This document shows, one piece after another, positions 38,764 to 40,299 of a stretch of DNA of 40,299 nucleotides. The notes beneath the pieces are model-generated. The model saw only the letters and a program-made list of their open reading frames with translations, made no database searches and had not been told where the DNA came from. Each line of letters opens with the position of its first letter. The first letter of the stretch is position 1. Source of the stretch: a virus; the IMG/VR virus record IMGVR_UViG_3300028578_000002; one strand, 5' to 3'. The translations under genes were made by a program, and so were the position numbers.

Positions 38764-40070
38764 TGCTTGGCCCTTTCGAGGGAGAGGTCCTCGACGTACC
38801 CGACGAGCACGGCCTCGATGCCCGACCCGGTGATCTCGTCAAGGGTGGTGGGCGCGACCACGTCGTCGTAGTCACCCGCGACCCGGGCCGCCTCGCGCAG
38901 GACCTCGGTGACCTTGACGCCACGCTCGCTGAGGAACGTGCGCCAGTCGTCGCCGGTCCATGAGGTGGCAGGTGGCCGCACCGGGCCAGACGGTCCCGGC
39001 GCGGCCACCCTCCGGCGCCGGGGCGGCTGAGGAGGGCGATCCTCGGCGGGAGCCGCGGCGGCGGTCTCGGTCTCGATGTTGTAGTCGGCGGGGTCGAACC
39101 CGTCAGCGGAGATGGTCTCGAGGATGGTGGTGACCTCGTCGGGGGCGAGGTCCTTGGTGGTGTCGATGTCGCGCCCGACGATCGCTGAGCACAGGGCGAT
39201 CTTGGCGTCGCGGTCGAGGCCGAGCTCGGCGATGCGAATGGCGATGATCTGGCCCGGGCTGTAGGTGCGCGCACCCTCGTGCGCCGGCGGCGGGTCGGGG
39301 TCGCGCTCGAGCGGGCCGTCGTCGATCACCTCGCCGTCAGGGCCGACGAGCTCGGCGTCGACGGGCTCGTCGTCACCCTCACCGGGGAGCGGCGGGGCCT
39401 CGCGCTCAACCGGCGGGGCGGGGTCCGGCTCGGTCTGTGCTGGCGCACCGGACCCGCGTGTCGCCGGTCGTCGCGCACGTGCGGTGCGCCCGGGCGGCGG
39501 TGCCGGCGCGTCGACGGGGACCTCCTCGACCTCGATGAGGTCGCCGTCCTCGAGCTCCTCGACGGTGTAGGAGATCCCCGAGAGCACGTCGGCGAAGATC
39601 GCCCGGCAGAGTTGCCCGGTGGCGCGGGCCGTCAGCATCGCCGTCGGGTACTTGCGCCAGACGTCTTTGCCCGCGAGGTTGGCGCGCTTGGCGTCGTCCA
39701 TGGTCCACGTGACGCGGGTCTCGCGGTCGGAGCCCTTGCGCTTGCCGCCGATGATGACCCGGGTGGAGGACTGCTCTTCGATCCACAGGTCATGGCCGTC
39801 GCGCAGCACCACGGCGCGCATGAGCTCCGCGGACATCGCGGGTCGGCCTTCGATGACGTGGATCTTCGCGAGGGCCTGCATGGGGGAGATGCCGACCTCG
39901 GCGCCGGTCAGGATCGCGGCGAGGATCGCCTCGGGCTTGCCCCGGAGGGCCTTCGGGACAAAGTCGGTTTGCTGCAACGTCTGCGCGAGCTTCCACGCGT
40001 CGTTGGCCAGGGCGATGGTGGCGTTGGGGCCGGCGTAGCGTTCGAGCGCTGCGCCAGTGGTGTCGGTCAT
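38760..40070 (-). CDS. recT: RecT-family single-strand annealing protein with a long C-terminal extension
   Basis: FVPKALRGKPEAILAAILTGAEVGISPMQALAKIHVIEGRP...WRKYPTAMLTARATGQLCRAIFADVLSG. This is followed by an acidic/Pro linker and a further ~170 aa. AGGAG lies upstream of ATG 40070. Confidence 0.7.
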   Translation of the reverse strand: MTDTTGAALERYAGPNATIALANDAWKLAQTLQQTDFVPKALRGKPEAILAAILTGAEVGISPMQALAKIHVIEGRPAMSAELMRAVVLRDGHDLWIEEQSSTRVIIGGKRKGSDRETRVTWTMDDAKRANLAGKDVWRKYPTAMLTARATGQLCRAIFADVLSGISYTVEELEDGDLIEVEEVPVDAPAPPPGRTARARRPATRGSGAPAQTEPDPAPPVEREAPPLPGEGDDEPVDAELVGPDGEVIDDGPLERDPDPPPAHEGARTYSPGQIIAIRIAELGLDRDAKIALCSAIVGRDIDTTKDLAPDEVTTILETISADGFDPADYNIETETAAAAPAEDRPPQPPRRRRVAAPGPSGPVRPPATSWTGDDWRTFLSERGVKVTEVLREAARVAGDYDDVVAPTTLDEITGSGIEAVLVGYVEDLSLERAKQ

Positions 40071-40081
40071 GGGGATGGCTC

Positions 40082-40249
40082 CTACGGTTGGTACGGGGTG
40101 GCGGGGTGGTCTTCGATCGTGACGGGCGTGGGCTCCTCGAGCCGGTCGAGGCGCGAATCGAGCTGGTTGATGCGGACCGAGGAGATGATCGCGATGGCAG
40201 CGAGCACGACGAAGATGACGCCGAAGACGAACCGGTCGTCGTCGTTCAC
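40082..40249 (-). CDS. Small membrane protein (55 aa) spanning the circular junction
   Basis: GTG 40249 (equivalent to position 77) forms a GTGA overlap with the exonuclease stop. VNDDDRFVFGVIFVVLAAIAIISSV... ends at TAG 40082. Its 5' part is duplicated at 1-77. Confidence 0.5.
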   Translation of the reverse strand: MNDDDRFVFGVIFVVLAAIAIISSVRINQLDSRLDRLEEPTPVTIEDHPATPYQP

Positions 40250-40299
40250 GAGCCGACCACCGGCGGGGGCAGGGCGTCGCTCTTCACGGTCGACGCGGC
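40173..40299. repeat. Second copy of the 127-bp terminal repeat
   Basis: Identical to 1-127. Confidence 0.95.

Noticed and set aside
1-40299. Prophage/lysogeny module, CRISPR array, or known defence or toxin-antitoxin systems
   Set aside because: No integrase, recombinase, excisionase, partition protein or CI-like repressor motifs were seen. No spaced direct repeats were seen, and there were no recognisable defence-system domains. Absence is judged by eye only.

Overview
The window is a complete, circularly closed phage genome. Bases 1-127 are identical to 40173-40299, so the unique length is 40172 bp. It is very GC-rich and looks like an HK97-lineage, siphovirus-type phage of the kind that infects Actinobacteria. 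I see no host flanks, integrase, tRNA, rRNA or CRISPR array.

There are about 65 densely packed genes, almost all on the minus strand. Roughly half are joined by 4-nt ATGA/GTGA stop-start overlaps, and GTG starts are very common. Many longest ORFs in the track therefore overshoot the real start. The long Arg/Pro/Gly/Ser-rich ORFs in other frames are GC artefacts.

Gene order, reading the minus strand:
- Early/replication arm (3202->74, across the junction, then 40249->32880): HTH regulator, J-domain protein, PD-(D/E)XK exonuclease plus RecT, RuvC-like resolvase, DnaB-like helicase, and many small Cys-rich or HTH proteins.
- A three-gene fibre/esterase unit (32858->31242).
- An oppositely oriented plus-strand cassette (28860->31245): wHTH protein, frame-broken HNH, small proteins, fibre-like protein.
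- Late arm (28660->4062): HNH, P27-type TerS, TerL, a 1.9-kb accessory island, portal-MuF fusion, protease, HK97 capsid, a 4.3-kb glycan-enzyme island, connector genes, major tail, G/G-T chaperones, tape measure, tail-tip proteins, endolysin and three membrane proteins.
- A second small plus-strand unit (3297->3990) that faces a palindromic divergent promoter region.

Most notable observations:
1. An insulated island between the capsid and connector genes encodes a beta-helix enzyme, a methyltransferase-GT2 fusion and a TagF/GT-B-like enzyme.
2. Eight sense-oriented copies of a TAGNNT-containing motif sit 6-7 nt from start codons. They are candidate promoters for leaderless mRNAs and mark every operon head.
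3. A self-contained accessory island lies between terL and portal.
4. The 27.5-31.3 kb region is compositionally mosaic. It has two back-to-back HNH genes (one broken at a G-run), a G-quadruplex-dense spacer, and convergent genes that share a CTAG stop.

All functional calls rest on motifs read by eye. No database search was possible.
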